Assembly: GCF_009834535.1 (NCBI RefSeq)
Contig: NC_045697.1
Coordinates: 81,656,001-81,720,000 of the forward strand
Direction: 5' to 3'
From: Camelus ferus
Taxonomy: Eukaryota
DNA length: 64,000 nt
Positions 1 through 11,749 of this stretch are shown here, in pieces (position 1 is the first letter of the stretch; each line of letters opens with the position of its first letter). A program made the position numbers and the translations under genes. The notes under the pieces are model-generated. The model saw only the letters and a program-made list of their open reading frames with translations. It searched no databases and had not been told where the DNA came from.

Positions 1-497
1 AGACAGATTGTATTTTTGGGAAAACACAAATGATCACACACTTGAGTGATGAGTGCTGTTATGAATGGAGGTACTATGTTCAAGAGAGAAAAGAGGCTAC
101 AGTATATAAAGAAACAATTAAAAAAAACCAAAATGTGCATTTAATTCAGTACACACATGTCACAGATAATAACAGGAAAAGGAAAACTAAGGTATGTCTG
201 GAGATGAGACATTTAAAGTGCTTTTATCCAATTTTCAGAATTTTATAAGTTAGGTTTGCTTCAAATATCACTCACTACAACAGGAGGCAGGATGCATAAG
301 GATCCTGCATGGAGCAAAATGTCTCAGTAAACTCTATGCTGATAGGTTTCTATAAGTGAAGTAGTCCTTAGATTGTGGATCTCAGACAGCTGAGAGTGAC
401 AGGTTTATATTCTGGATAACTGAACTCAAAAGAAATGCAGATTTCTCTCAGATTCCATGTCCTTTCAGCTTTTCCCAGAACATGTCAAATTACTGTC

Positions 498-591
498 CAG
501 GGCCATCAAGTGCATAACTCTGGGAATTTCAGTCACACAGAATAAGCTGAGAACGACTTTTTTTCCACAGAGTTGTGAAACAGGGACCCCT
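498..591. mobile_element. Degraded MER91-like (hAT-Tip100) MITE
   Basis: Starts cagggcc..., has inverted arms 'cataactct...' / '...agagttgtg' and ends ...gacccct. Resembles the palindromic MER91 consensus as recalled. Confidence 0.4.
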
Positions 592-2499
592 AGCTGGCTG
601 TGGCAATAAGGGGGCATCAAGCATTAATTTTGCCAATATTGCACAAAAAAATTAAAATAACATGAAATGAAAAGTGATAAATTGTCACTCTATTATTTTC
701 CTAAATAATAACCTCTCAGACTAATCCTGTGATTTGTATAAATAGAAAAAGTTTTAATTAAAATTTGTACTTTGACAAATACTCATGAGGTCATAATAAT
801 TTTTCATATGGCCCACTGCAATTTCCTGATGTTCTAAAGGATTCAGAACTAATTCCTTATACATTTTATTTTTAAATGGTACATTTTTAATATTTTGATG
901 CAAGTGTTCCAAGATGATGTAATTCAAAAACAAATTCCTAGCCAAAAGTGGTACTGCAATAGTAAATTGTTTTTACAGATTTTTATATTATTCACATATG
1001 CCATTAATCATCACTCTCTGATAACTATAAAAATACTTAGACTCCTTTATAAAAAAAATCACATTAAAATGGAAGTTTAACCATAAAGTGAACATATTTT
1101 GGGAATATATTTTATATTTTATAAGCTTACTCTTGGCTATATCTTTGTTGTGAACTTTCAAATCTCAGATTGCATCAGTCAGAGAGCTGGGAAATCAATG
1201 AGTCTGTTTTGGTGTTTGCATAAACACATGATGATCTTACCAAGAAAGGGTCATCCTTCTCTTATGGAGAGATAAAATTCCCAGAGCCATTCATCATTTT
1301 TGGGTCTGGTTTAAAAAAAAAAAAAAAAAAAGAGCTATTCTTAATTTTATGAAAAGCAACTTCTTTTTACTATCTGTGCTGTAAGAAGGAAAAGCTACTG
1401 AAAGCCAAATCGATGCTATAACATGTCCTGCCTAAATATGGTATTCAAATCTTTGGAAACTCACAGTTGGTATTCACAGCATTGTGTCAGCCAGAAAATA
1501 CCTCAAGTGTAGAGGAAAGACTGTAGATGCTGACTTGGATTAATGTTATCTTTTCAAACATCTTTATGACTTTGTAATTTTTGTCTCTGACGTACAAAAA
1601 TACAAAAAAAAAATTTATTATTATTACTTACTTAAACTTTAATATAAATAAAATGCATTCATGATAGTAAGCCAGATTATAATAGCCTTAGAGTCTAATG
1701 AAATATCTAAAATTTAAGAAAAGTTTTCCTGGAAAGTAAAAGGTGGCAGCATTTAAGAATACCTTACTGGGTTAACTTGGGAAAACAACAAGGACAACAG
1801 CAACAAAAACACAACACATAACAAGAGATAAATCTATTTTTCCAGTAAAGCTATTATACTATCTAAAATACAAAGATAAACTAGCATAAGGTTAAATCAC
1901 AGAAGAAAAATGAAAGAATAAGTGAAACGGACAGCTCCCCGTTGTCCAATTTTAAAGGTTATTTTCCTTTTGACATAATCACTTCTTTTATGTCACTCTG
2001 ATTCAATTGACTTTATGTGGTCCAAATATCAGTTGAGACGCTCCCCTTTTCACAAATATTTGCAGAAAAGGCGTTTGAGAAGAGATGAGTGATCACCGTA
2101 TTCCTGACATCAGTTATAAGTCAACTCATAAGTTTTCCTAAAACTAATAATCTCAAGCAATTGTAATTTAAAATTTCTTGACCAATGATTGGAAATACAT
2201 AGCAAGTTTAAACAGATGATTAGCTGTCTTCTATGAGGAGCACTTATAGTTCCTTCTAAAGGAAAGCTTAATTATATGTAAGCCCTGTCAGCAAACTGAC
2301 ATATAATTCCAGCTAAAATACATTTTTACCAGTTTGTCAGAGACCAAATTCCACGGGTACTGAGAAAATCTGGCACAATCAAAAACAGTCGTATTTTTAA
2401 CATGGAGTTCCTACTTCTTGTGCCATAATCATAACAATTCAAAATGAATTTAATATGCTCTCATTCATGCATTTTGTAAAGTTAAGTACTGCATGCATA

Positions 2500-2680
2500 T
2501 TAAGAGGGAGGAAAAAGAATAGGAGGTGTGGTTGGTAGGAAGTCCTGATTTCTATATTTAGTCCTAATCCAGCCTTTGAACAGCCTTCTTAACCTTTTGA
2601 GCCACACTTCACTAATTTCTAAAATGTGTGTTTTTTAAAATCTGTAAGGAATCTCCAAACTCTAATTGTATATTTCTAAG
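2500..2680 (+). mobile_element. MIR/MIR3 SINE fragment
   Basis: Degraded MIR core: 'cttcttaaccttttgagccacacttcactaatttctaaaatg' and tail 'tctgtaaggaatctccaaactcta'. Confidence 0.5.
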
Positions 2681-4462
2681 GGAAGCCTGATTTATGACAA
2701 TGAATAAAAGATAAAACTAAAAAACAAAATTATTCATCAAACCATAGAAATATTATCATTTGTATTTTAAAAGTTTTCCAAGACTAAATGTGTTTAATTT
2801 GAGTAAATTAATTCAAATGAGACTAGTCATCTACTGGGAGAGCTTTGTCCTGCTTTGAACCTAAATCATCAACTCTGATGCATGTTACCATGGCATCTCA
2901 AGAATTTCCAATGTGCTTGCTGAGTACAGTTTTCTTTTTTTTTTAAATTATAATGACCATTTACTTTAAAAAATGTCCATTAGTGATCTTTTAAAATAAT
3001 TATTTAATTTTGTGCTAAGGATTCTATTTTGTGTGCTGTTTATATACTGTTTTATTTATCTATTTTGTTTTTGTTTAATGGCCACTTTTTATGTCATTCA
3101 GTTTTAAGTATTTTGAGTCATTACTAGTATCAAACAAACATTGTGTTTTGTTTCTTACCATGAGGCTAGATTTTTTAAAATGTCCCCCTTTAGCAGTAGG
3201 AATATTTTTTCAGTTTAGTGTCATAACTACTATATTGTTTTATCATTTATTTTATGATGTCTTTTTTAGTTCTCTTTTATTTTGTATTCCATCATTTTGC
3301 TGAACTATACAAACTATTTAGCTCCCCATTACCTATACAGTGAGATTCTTAGATACACAGCTTTCTTTAAAGTAGATTAAAATTTACGTTAATACTTTTT
3401 AAGCCACATGTTTACCAGAGACAGTCTTTAAAAACATATTCAACCCACAACTAAAATTCCTACCAGACACAATTTTTGTTTCTTCCTTTTGGAGCATATT
3501 TTATGTTCCCAATTCAATTACTTTTGCAAATCTCTCCATTAAAAAAAAACAAAACAAAACTCCGATTCACCTTATAAATAAACAATTATGACATCTAAAA
3601 ATGTGCCAAGGAGTAGGGAATGCCTGTATTCTATAGCCAGTTGGCACCCAAATGTTAGCCAATGTTAGCTGGAGTTGTGATGGTTTCATTGCTTCATTAG
3701 TCGATATATCTCCTCAACAAACATACTTTAGTTTTATAGCATCTCACCAGAAATTTTATCTACAAAAGAAAACTAGTATGAACCTTTTCAATCTTAATTT
3801 TTCCCCGAATCACTTCCATTGTCTTCATTTGGCTTACTACTATTGCCACAGTGGGAATATCTGCACCTTTTCTTAATAAAAAGGTCTAGTGAAGCTTATC
3901 TTGGCATCTTTAAATTCAGCTTAAAAATAAATAGAGGTTTTACTTCTCCAATTCAGCTAATAAAGTTAAATATATAAAATCAGAGTTAAAAAATTAAAAT
4001 TATTGTAATATAATGTTAAATATTTGCCTTTATTTACATATTCTCAGATTTTTATATAATTTTGGGTTACAATTGACAAACTAGTCTTAAAATGTCAAAC
4101 ATCACAATGGAGCCTACTGTACATGGTGAGTACACAGCTTGTTCAATGTTCAATTTATGTAAGTTTGACTGACCCCAATGGATTTATAACTTTTTCAGAG
4201 ATAAGCATACTGATAATGCACTTACATGTAACAACTGCTTTAAAAATCTATAAAATTTTCTAAGATTATTTTTTTCTCAGTTCCTGAATTTATCTAGTCC
4301 TGGACTGGTAACTAGTAGTTTGGCAACCAGCACTGATGTGCAGGCTACACTAATGTTTTAATCATCACCTTGGTATAACAAAAATATAGCCCTCAACCAT
4401 GGAATTAGTATAAACACCAAAAAGTGGAGCTATTAGTTCATGTTCAAGAATTCACTAGTCTT

Positions 4463-4523
4463 ATTTGATACACCATTGTAAAATGACTATAACTCAATAA
4501 AAAAAAAGTTAAAAAAAAAAAAA
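4463..4523 (+). mobile_element. Extremely 5'-truncated L1 3' end with A-tail
   Basis: 'tttgatacaccattgtaaaatgactataactcaataaa' + poly-A. 17-bp TSD aagaattcacta(g/t)tctt at 4446-4462 and 4524-4540. Matches the reverse complement of the L1 end at 14502-14553. Confidence 0.9.
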
Positions 4524-4683
4524 AAGAATTCACTATTCTTAATGTGTTCCATCACCCAGAAGCAGCCGACCTGGTAAAACTGCAAAATGGCATATCGCAG
4601 AATCATTCATAATGCCAGGAGGCAAAGAGAATTCCCTGCAAGCATAGAAGTTATTCTATGTCATGCCCTATGTGCCTTTAATG

Positions 4684-4808
4684 GGGTGATCCTGTAACTT
4701 ACTGTGTAAACAAGGACATTTTCAGAGGGAAAAGGGAAACTATCAACAGGATAAGACAAAAGGTGTGAACTGGCACTGCCTAGAATAAATTGGGAACTAT
4801 AGTCACTA
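4684..4808 (+). mobile_element. MER94-like hAT-Blackjack MITE
   Basis: gggtgatcctgtaactta...ggacattttcagagggaaaaggg...gggaactatagtcacta, with degraded terminal inverted repeats gggtga / tcacta. Similar to recalled MER94. Confidence 0.55.
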
Positions 4809-5176
4809 TGGCCCAATATTCAGTGTGAGCTCTTTCTCAGAAAGAAAGCAAAAGCCTAGGATCCAGTGGTTGGGGGTGGTTAAGAATGTTCCCTTCCTAT
4901 CATCTCTAATAGCCCACTTTCAACATTTTGGCATTCAATTTCTGTGATTCTTGAGAATCATTATATTTAGATGTCTTAATACCCAAGAAGAAATGTTTTC
5001 ACCAGGGAATACAGTTATGGGTTAGTTATATTTAAAACTAAAAAGGTCCACTTATTTGAAGCTTTTGCTACTGAACTAACAGAGAGGAGTTAATATACTG
5101 GCCAAAGTGATTGATACTGATCACTAAGGAAAAATTAAGTTGCTGTTCTACAATAGTGTCAAGAACAACTATATCA

Positions 5177-5327
5177 TTTTTTTAAATTTGTCCATGGACA
5201 TTTAGGTTGCTTCCATGTCTTGGCTATTATAAATAGTGCTGCTATTAACATTGAGGTGCATGTATCTTTTTGAATTACGGTTTCTTTTAGATATATGCCC
5301 AGGAGTGGGACTGCTGGACCATATAAC
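5177..5327 (-). mobile_element. L1 ORF2 C-terminal fragment
   Basis: 'ggacatttaggttgcttccatgtcttggctatt...gatatatgcccaggagtggga' is typical antisense L1. Flanked by direct repeat aacaactatat(c/t)a at 5164-5176 and 5328-5340. Confidence 0.85.
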
Positions 5328-5340
5328 AACAACTATATTA

Positions 5341-5828
5341 TGTGAACGAAAAATACTGCAAGCCATATCAGTAAACAAAGAACGCTGTGGCCATCAAGTC
5401 GTCAGCCAACTCTGGATGCAGACAAGCAAGGAGGCTGGCTTCTGCAGCCACTCACAATGGTGGACTCTGTGAGGACTCAGAATAAGAAAGGACAGGATAC
5501 TGGCCCTATATAGCTAGGTGCTTGTCAAAGGAATGAATTCAATGCGCCCAAATGTTTGCTTCCTCCCATACATAGAAAAGCGCTAAGTTCTTCAGCTTGA
5601 TGTCTGTTTTTCTTCAGTTAACAAGTAATCTTTTAATGCTCTGACTACCTGGCCCTTGTTGTAAAGCTCCTATATATCCTGGCTCCTCCTCTAACTCTTT
5701 GGAGCAGTCCCTCAGAGCGATCTGGGAGGCTGTCATCCCAGGCTCGAAGGGGTTCAAGTCCCCAGAAATGTCCACTGAATAAAACATAACTCTCAACTTT
5801 CAGGTTTGTGATTTTATTTCAGCCAACA
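5341..5828 (+). mobile_element. ERV1-class solo LTR, family A copy 1
   Basis: TG...CA ends, TATA-like cctatatatc (~5670), AATAAA (5779-5784), 4-bp TSD ATTA (5337-5340 / 5829-5832). Highly similar to 8297-8790. Confidence 0.9.
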
Positions 5829-6173
5829 ATTATTATATCATAAAGTGAAGGGATTCTCTTCAGTGCCTCCTATTCCCTGATGCTCAGTAATACTGGTCAC
5901 CCTGGTAAAGACAGGAGCATGGAGGACATGTGCTCCATGGGATTGAAGATTTATGTCAAGTTAACCCTCCACATAAAACATTCCCAACCAGCTGACACAC
6001 CTATACAGGGTATGAACACATGGAAAAAAGGATATAAGAAGGGATAATCATCAACTACATAACAGCAACCATGTTTTATATTTTTTCCTCGTTTCTACTG
6101 CTCTGCTTAGTCACCTGAGCCTTTTATCCAAACAAAGCACCTGAGTTTATATTAAAGGGAAAAAGAGGTAGAA

Positions 6174-7305
6174 TGTACAATTTATTCGCCATTTGTCCCT
6201 CCAGATCTACTCTTACACCTACTCTATCCTGCTACTAATGATGAAGGAAAACAGATGTGGGGCGTGAGGAGGGCCATGTCCCAGGTTTTGGCTGAGTTCC
6301 TGGGACATGCCCCACCAAGTGTGGGTCCTTGGCTTCGCGCAGGAAAGAATTCAAGAGTGAGCCACAGTTGAGTAAAGGTAGATTTATTCAGAGAGGTACA
6401 CTAAAAGGCAAAAGAAAGGCCACGAGGTGTGGGGGCTGGGTGCTCAGATTAAAAGTAGGTACACATTCCATAGACAGAATATGGGCCATCTCCGAAGAGG
6501 GAGAGAGAGGGTCGGCCGCGAGGCACCGTGTTGCCAGTTTTTATGGGCTCAGTGTCTTCATATGCTAATAAGTGGAAGGACCAGTCTAAGCAGCCTGGGG
6601 AAGAGGCTGGGATTCCCAGGAAGTTGCCCATTTCCCACTCTTTGACCTTTTGTGGCTAGCCTTGGGACTGCCATGGTGCCTGTGGGCATATTATTCACCA
6701 TGCTAACATATTACAATGGTCGTATAATGAAGCTCAAGATCTACTAGAAGTTAAATCTCTCATTATCCTGAGCCTCAAGGCCTACTGGGCGTTGAATCTT
6801 CCACCATTTTGATGTTAATTGCTGTGGCATTCCTTGAATGGCTGTGCCCTGCCCCCTTCCATCCTGTTTCACTAAGACTGAACATTTGGCTTCTAAGGAC
6901 AACTGGCAAAGCCTCTCATCCCCATCTTTTCAGGAGAGTTATCCAATGAACAGCACTGAAAGGGGTTCAAGAACAGCTGGAGAGAGAAGTAGGGGTATTT
7001 ATTACCTTGTTCACTTCAACCTCTGTTTGGCTGCACTTTGGCAGTGATTTCTACCCCGTCTTTTTTTTTTTTTTTTTTTTTTTAATAGATACAGCAATCA
7101 GATGTGATAACCACTAGCTTCCAATTCCCTACCAGCCTAGGGGTGATAGCTGATGACTGCTATTGCTAGCCTTGGGGAGATCCACCATCCCTTATTAGTT
7201 TTCCTTAACCTTGTCTTTATCTCTATAGATACTGTTTCATTAAACCCTCTTCATTTATAGTTTTGAGATCACCATCTGTTTCATGTGAGAATTCTGATTA
7301 AAATG
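6174..7305 (+). mobile_element. LTR33-like ERV-L LTR (3' LTR of the ERV-L remnant), split by a younger LTR
   Basis: Starts tgtac after the PPT. 'ccctccagatctactct', 'gagagaagtaggggtatttatt', 'gcctaggggtgatag...tgctagccttgggg...accatcccttattagttttccttaacc...cattaaaccctcttca' match recalled LTR33. Confidence 0.7.
6239..6871 (-). mobile_element. ERV1-class solo LTR, family B copy 1
   Basis: TG...CA ends with perfect 4-bp TSD CTAA (6235-6238 / 6872-6875). Reverse complement aligns end to end with 47152-47795. Confidence 0.9.
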
Positions 7306-8296
7306 GACATTTTATACTGTTAGGATTGCTGAAGACCTTTTAAAAAATATATTCATCTACACTAATTATAACCTCTGCTATATATAGGAAAACTGCTGCT
7401 AGTAAAGATGAAAGAAAGTAGGATTCAAATTTAAAAATAAAAGAAGGAATCTGATGTAAAAGAAATGAAAAAATATTTTCTACTTTATATTTATATCTAG
7501 ATTAAAACTATAAGCACATATATACCTATGCACACAAATTCATATGTATATATCTAGAAATTTTTTCGTTCATGAAAATGAATATAACCTGCCTAGAAGT
7601 AAAGACCTGAGGACACAGTTTAGCAAGGAGTAAGGGAGGAAAAGGACAAAGATAAATTGCTCTGCACACAATACAGTGTTTTTGAAGTAGGCATAAACAA
7701 AGAAGAGAGTATGAGATGCAAATCAAGAGGAGGAGTAAGAGACTAGGCAATGATGCAGATGTCCACTAACTTTTCACTAATATTAGAGATATGCTATATT
7801 CACTTTAGGCTGTTTGTCCTGTTTCACAATAAAACTGATCCATTTTCTCAAACATTAAGTAAAATCTCGTACACCCAGGAAAGCCTCAAACAACAGTACT
7901 GGGAGCAAAAATAGCACAAAGCAGTGACCTACCAATATCCACACCTCTGCTTAAGTTACAACGGGGAGGCCAGCACTGTGAAGGGCAATGATAATATTCA
8001 GATCCTTCCTGCCACAATAAGCAGCAGACTGAATGGATAGAGATGAAAATAGCACAGAGAGGCAGTTACATGCTAGAATTGCCCTAGGAAATGATTAGGG
8101 ATAATTCCCTTTTGCGCAAATACTCTAGGGAAAAGGGGAGACTGACATTTCATATATATTATCTGTACACACAGTAACTTAATTTTTTAAATTAAAGTAT
8201 ATAATATAAAGTGTAAATCAGGATTTTTTTTATTTATGTTTAAAGTATTTTGAATAAACTAGACTTTATAAGAGAAACTTTTTATTTTACTCATTG

Positions 8297-8790
8297 TGTG
8301 AACGAAAATACTGCAATGTGAATGAAAATACTGCAACCATATCAGTAAACAAACAATGCTGAAACCAAGTCATCAGCGGCTACCGCCACCCCCCAGTGAG
8401 GACAGGCCTGCAGCCCAGCCTCTGCAGCCACTCACAATGGTGCACTCTGAGCAGACTCAGAATAAGAAAGGACAGGATACTGGCCCTAGATAGCTAGACA
8501 CTTGTCAAAGGAATGAATTTAGTGAGCCCAAATGTTTGCTTCCTCCCATACATAGAAAAGCACTAAATTCTTTAACTTAAGATGCCTGGTTTTCTTTAGA
8601 TAACAAGCAATCTTTTATTGTTCCAACTACCTGGTCTTTGTTGTAAAGCTCCTATATATCCTAGCTCCTCCCCTACCTCTTCGGAGCAGTCCCTCAGAGC
8701 GATCTGAGAGGTTGTCATCCTGGCTCAAGTCCTCCCACCAAATAAAACATAACTCTTAACTTCTAGGCTGCGCATTTATTTCAGTTGACA
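8297..8790 (+). mobile_element. ERV1-class solo LTR, family A copy 2
   Basis: TG...CA ends, TSD ATTG (8293-8296 / 8791-8794), TATA-like box and AATAAA as in copy 1. First 20 bp tandemly duplicated. Confidence 0.9.
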
Positions 8791-9520
8791 ATTGTCTTTT
8801 CAAACTCTCTCCTCAGATAAAATTGCATACACAAGTGTCTGTTACTCACTTCCTTGCTCCACATCTCACTTCTTCTTTGTGTGCTTTTAACCCCTTCCAT
8901 ATGACAGGAGCAGTTGCAGGAGAGCAATGAAGACACAGTGAAAGTTTGCAGATGACTTTTTTGATGTAAGGGGGTGATATAGCAATCTATGCATGGTAGA
9001 TTCAAAATTTCTGGATATTTCTGTTAGGTGATACTCACGTGGGTATTCTAGAGAAATCCACTGCTGAGCATCTCTCATTGGTAGTTCACTCTGCTAAGTG
9101 AGTAATGTCTCCTCTGACTGTGCATCTTTCCTACAGCCCTGGATGGGTACCAGTGTCTGTGTATCCTAGCCCCTTCAAGCATATCTTCTGGACAGAGAAG
9201 AACCTCTCTGACTCCTTATGCAAAGTTCACAGGAAAATTATGTGCATCCTTACACAGCCCATTTCTGGGAGTGCCAGCTCTGCACGCTCCGCTGCTTAAC
9301 AGTGGCAACTCTAGTAGTCACTGCTCACTTTAGAGTTGACCAGATGGAATCAGATGTCCCCTGGACTCCAGTGAACTCAGAGAGCTTTCCCAATGATTAG
9401 CTGAGGTCCTTCAATTGTCTTGATACGAAAGAAGCACTTTCTCTCATCCCCCTTGAATTGGGGTTTGAGGAGAGAAAATACAAAGCACACTAACAGCTCT
9501 CTTTACAATAAAAATCTTCC

Positions 9521-9573
9521 GGGACACCAGAAATTGACACATTTTAATTGACTGTACTTCAATTAAAAAAAAA
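9521..9573 (+). mobile_element. Micro L1 3'-end insertion
   Basis: 'acaccagaaattgacacattttaattgactgtacttcaatt' + A-run is an L1 3' terminus. Imperfect TSD aaaaatcttc (9510-9519) / aaaagtcctc (9570-9579). Confidence 0.7.
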
Positions 9574-11749
9574 GTCCTCAGTCACACGAAGAATTCATAT
9601 TTATTATCTGTACAAACAACCTTGTTTAATCTCCTCAGGTGTATCTTTACTTTTTCTTATAAAGCAAGGAGGTGCTGGGTAATATGCTGTTTCTGAGAGC
9701 ACTCTTTAATTTCCATTTAGCATATTCTGCAAAGATGACTCTAAAATCAGTGTGATTTTGCATTGCAAATATGTTTTTTTCAATGATATTAACTTATGCT
9801 CTTTATTTTTTTTCCTATCTTATTTTTCACATCTTCTCCAATTCTCATGCAAGCACTTAGTACTTTTGGTGATCATCTTCCTAGGGGAGGGATGTAACCA
9901 AAAACAATTGTGAAAAATAAAAAAAAGTTTTTTTTAATGTTTTGGTTTCCAAGAACTCAAGCTATTTTGAAAGATTATATTCAAAGGCAAAACATTTGAT
10001 AGATATTCAGAGGTTATATAACAAGGGATCTGTGAAGTATGCAGACTTTTTCTGAAGACCAGAAAATATTCTCCCAGGTAAAGGCAAGAGAAGGGCAAAT
10101 AATAGAACAGCCTGTTCCAAAGTAGTCTGTATCCTGTGATTTGAAAGAGAGGGAAAGCCCATGCCCTCCTTTCCACAGGTGTTCAGCAAGAAAGTAAAAA
10201 ACAAAACAAAACAAAAAACAGTGATCATGAACCTAGTCACTGATCTGTAAAGACCTTCTCAGAGATTTTTTCTTATCCCAGTGTGATGGAAAAGTAGCCA
10301 AGTGAATATTAACTATAGCATCAGATAATTGGAGAGAGCTGCTGGACCCAAGAATCTTTAGAGACAAGGTAAAGATTATTCTCATAACTTTTACAAATTG
10401 GAAACAAACAGATGGGATGATGCATCTCAATGGATCAGCTGATATGTACATAGATACATGATACAAGGACTACATATGCTTCCTACTACTTGGTAGTATA
10501 AAGTCCTTCCAGAATTTTTACTGAACCCTGAATAAAGGAGGTAAGAAGCAGATCAGTTAATATTAACTTTCTCCTATCTTGATAGAAAAGTAATTGAAAA
10601 TAAAAATTAACATGAGTCACAGAAAAATAAAGATAAACAATAATGCATATCAGATTTAAGAATGACAACTGGAGTGTGCGTATGTGAGAAAGAATGTGAA
10701 TTAAATAAATACAACTATTTGGAAAATAATACGTATCGCAAAAGTTACTTGGTTATATAATCAGGATTAGCAGCAAACAAATTGACAGGTCATATAGGAT
10801 AATCAGATAGTAAAGTTAACATTTTATAAATAATTCAAATCTAATTTATAATACACAAACCATCTATCTGTGCTTCTTCATAGCACAGAGCATTTTCTAA
10901 AACCTGCAAAGGGTAGGGTGATGTTTTTCATTATCACTTTGAGTTAAAGTTCACTGTGTGAAATGCCTTAGGTGTTATAAATTACTCAATTCTGCAAACA
11001 TTATTTATGTCACCAGATGCTTTATTTTCATAAAAATCAATTTACCATAATTTCCAGAATGATTAAATTGTAAGTACAATATTGTGAAAACAAATACAAA
11101 AGAAGCTAACCTCAGAAATATTTATATCTAATTATTTTCAAGTCTGTCCATTATGGGAGAAATAAAATGAATGATAGAGAAGTTAAGTGAGAGAATATTA
11201 AACAATTCTTTTTAAAACACTGGTTACTTTGCCTTTGCATGTAATTTGTACACCGTGCATATCTCCTCCTAAAACCAACAGATCATCCACCCAATCCTCT
11301 CTAATTGCAAAACTGTCAGGCTCCTTACCTTGGCAAGCTGTGCCCTGCTATGATGGCTGTTCAAAAAATCAGTGCTGATGAGAAGACTTGTGCCAGAAAC
11401 TGTAAGCAATTAATTTCTACACTGATCTCTGGAATTCATCCAAATTTTTCAGAACTGAAAAAAGCCCTGCCACACTGTCACTCAGGGAATGTATTTCCAA
11501 CTAGGCTGTCTGATAACTCTGCTGTGAAAAGGTGAGGTTAAATATTAAGTTATGTGGCTCCTATTTTAATGTATGATGGGTAATGCATATTTTCATTAGT
11601 GAAAGCTATTTATGAAAATCAAACGAATGTCTAGTATTTGTTAAAACATATTTTAGACCAGAAAAATAGTCTTAATTCCAACATGGAATCAAAATGAAAC
11701 ATGGCAATGAGCAAAAACTTTGGGATTATCCTTTCTTGAAGACTTAATT

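Larger units (their letters stand above)
4355..6173 (+). mobile_element. Decayed ERV-L internal region (integrase and dUTPase fossils), interrupted by later insertions
   Basis: 4550-4591 translates HHPEAADLVKLQNG (ERV-L IN: HHPEAAGLIERWNG). 5086-5175 translates GVNILAKVIDTDH*GKIKLLFYNSVKNNYI (ERV-L dUTPase: GVTVLAGVIDPDYQGEI...). Purine tract aaagggaaaaagaggtagaa (6154-6173) directly precedes the LTR TG. Confidence 0.8.

Noticed and set aside
6329..6645. Overlapping ORFs with a 'paralogue' at 47502-47729
   Set aside because: The similarity comes from two copies of one LTR family and is non-coding.
5341..8790. Intact or non-autonomous provirus between two LTRs
   Set aside because: Each LTR has its own TSD, there is no PBS, and the spacer is older unrelated DNA.
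11323..11535. Minus-strand donor AAG/GTAAGG and an overlapping 76-aa plus-strand ORF
   Set aside because: Isolated signal with no convincing acceptor or recognisable coding frame.
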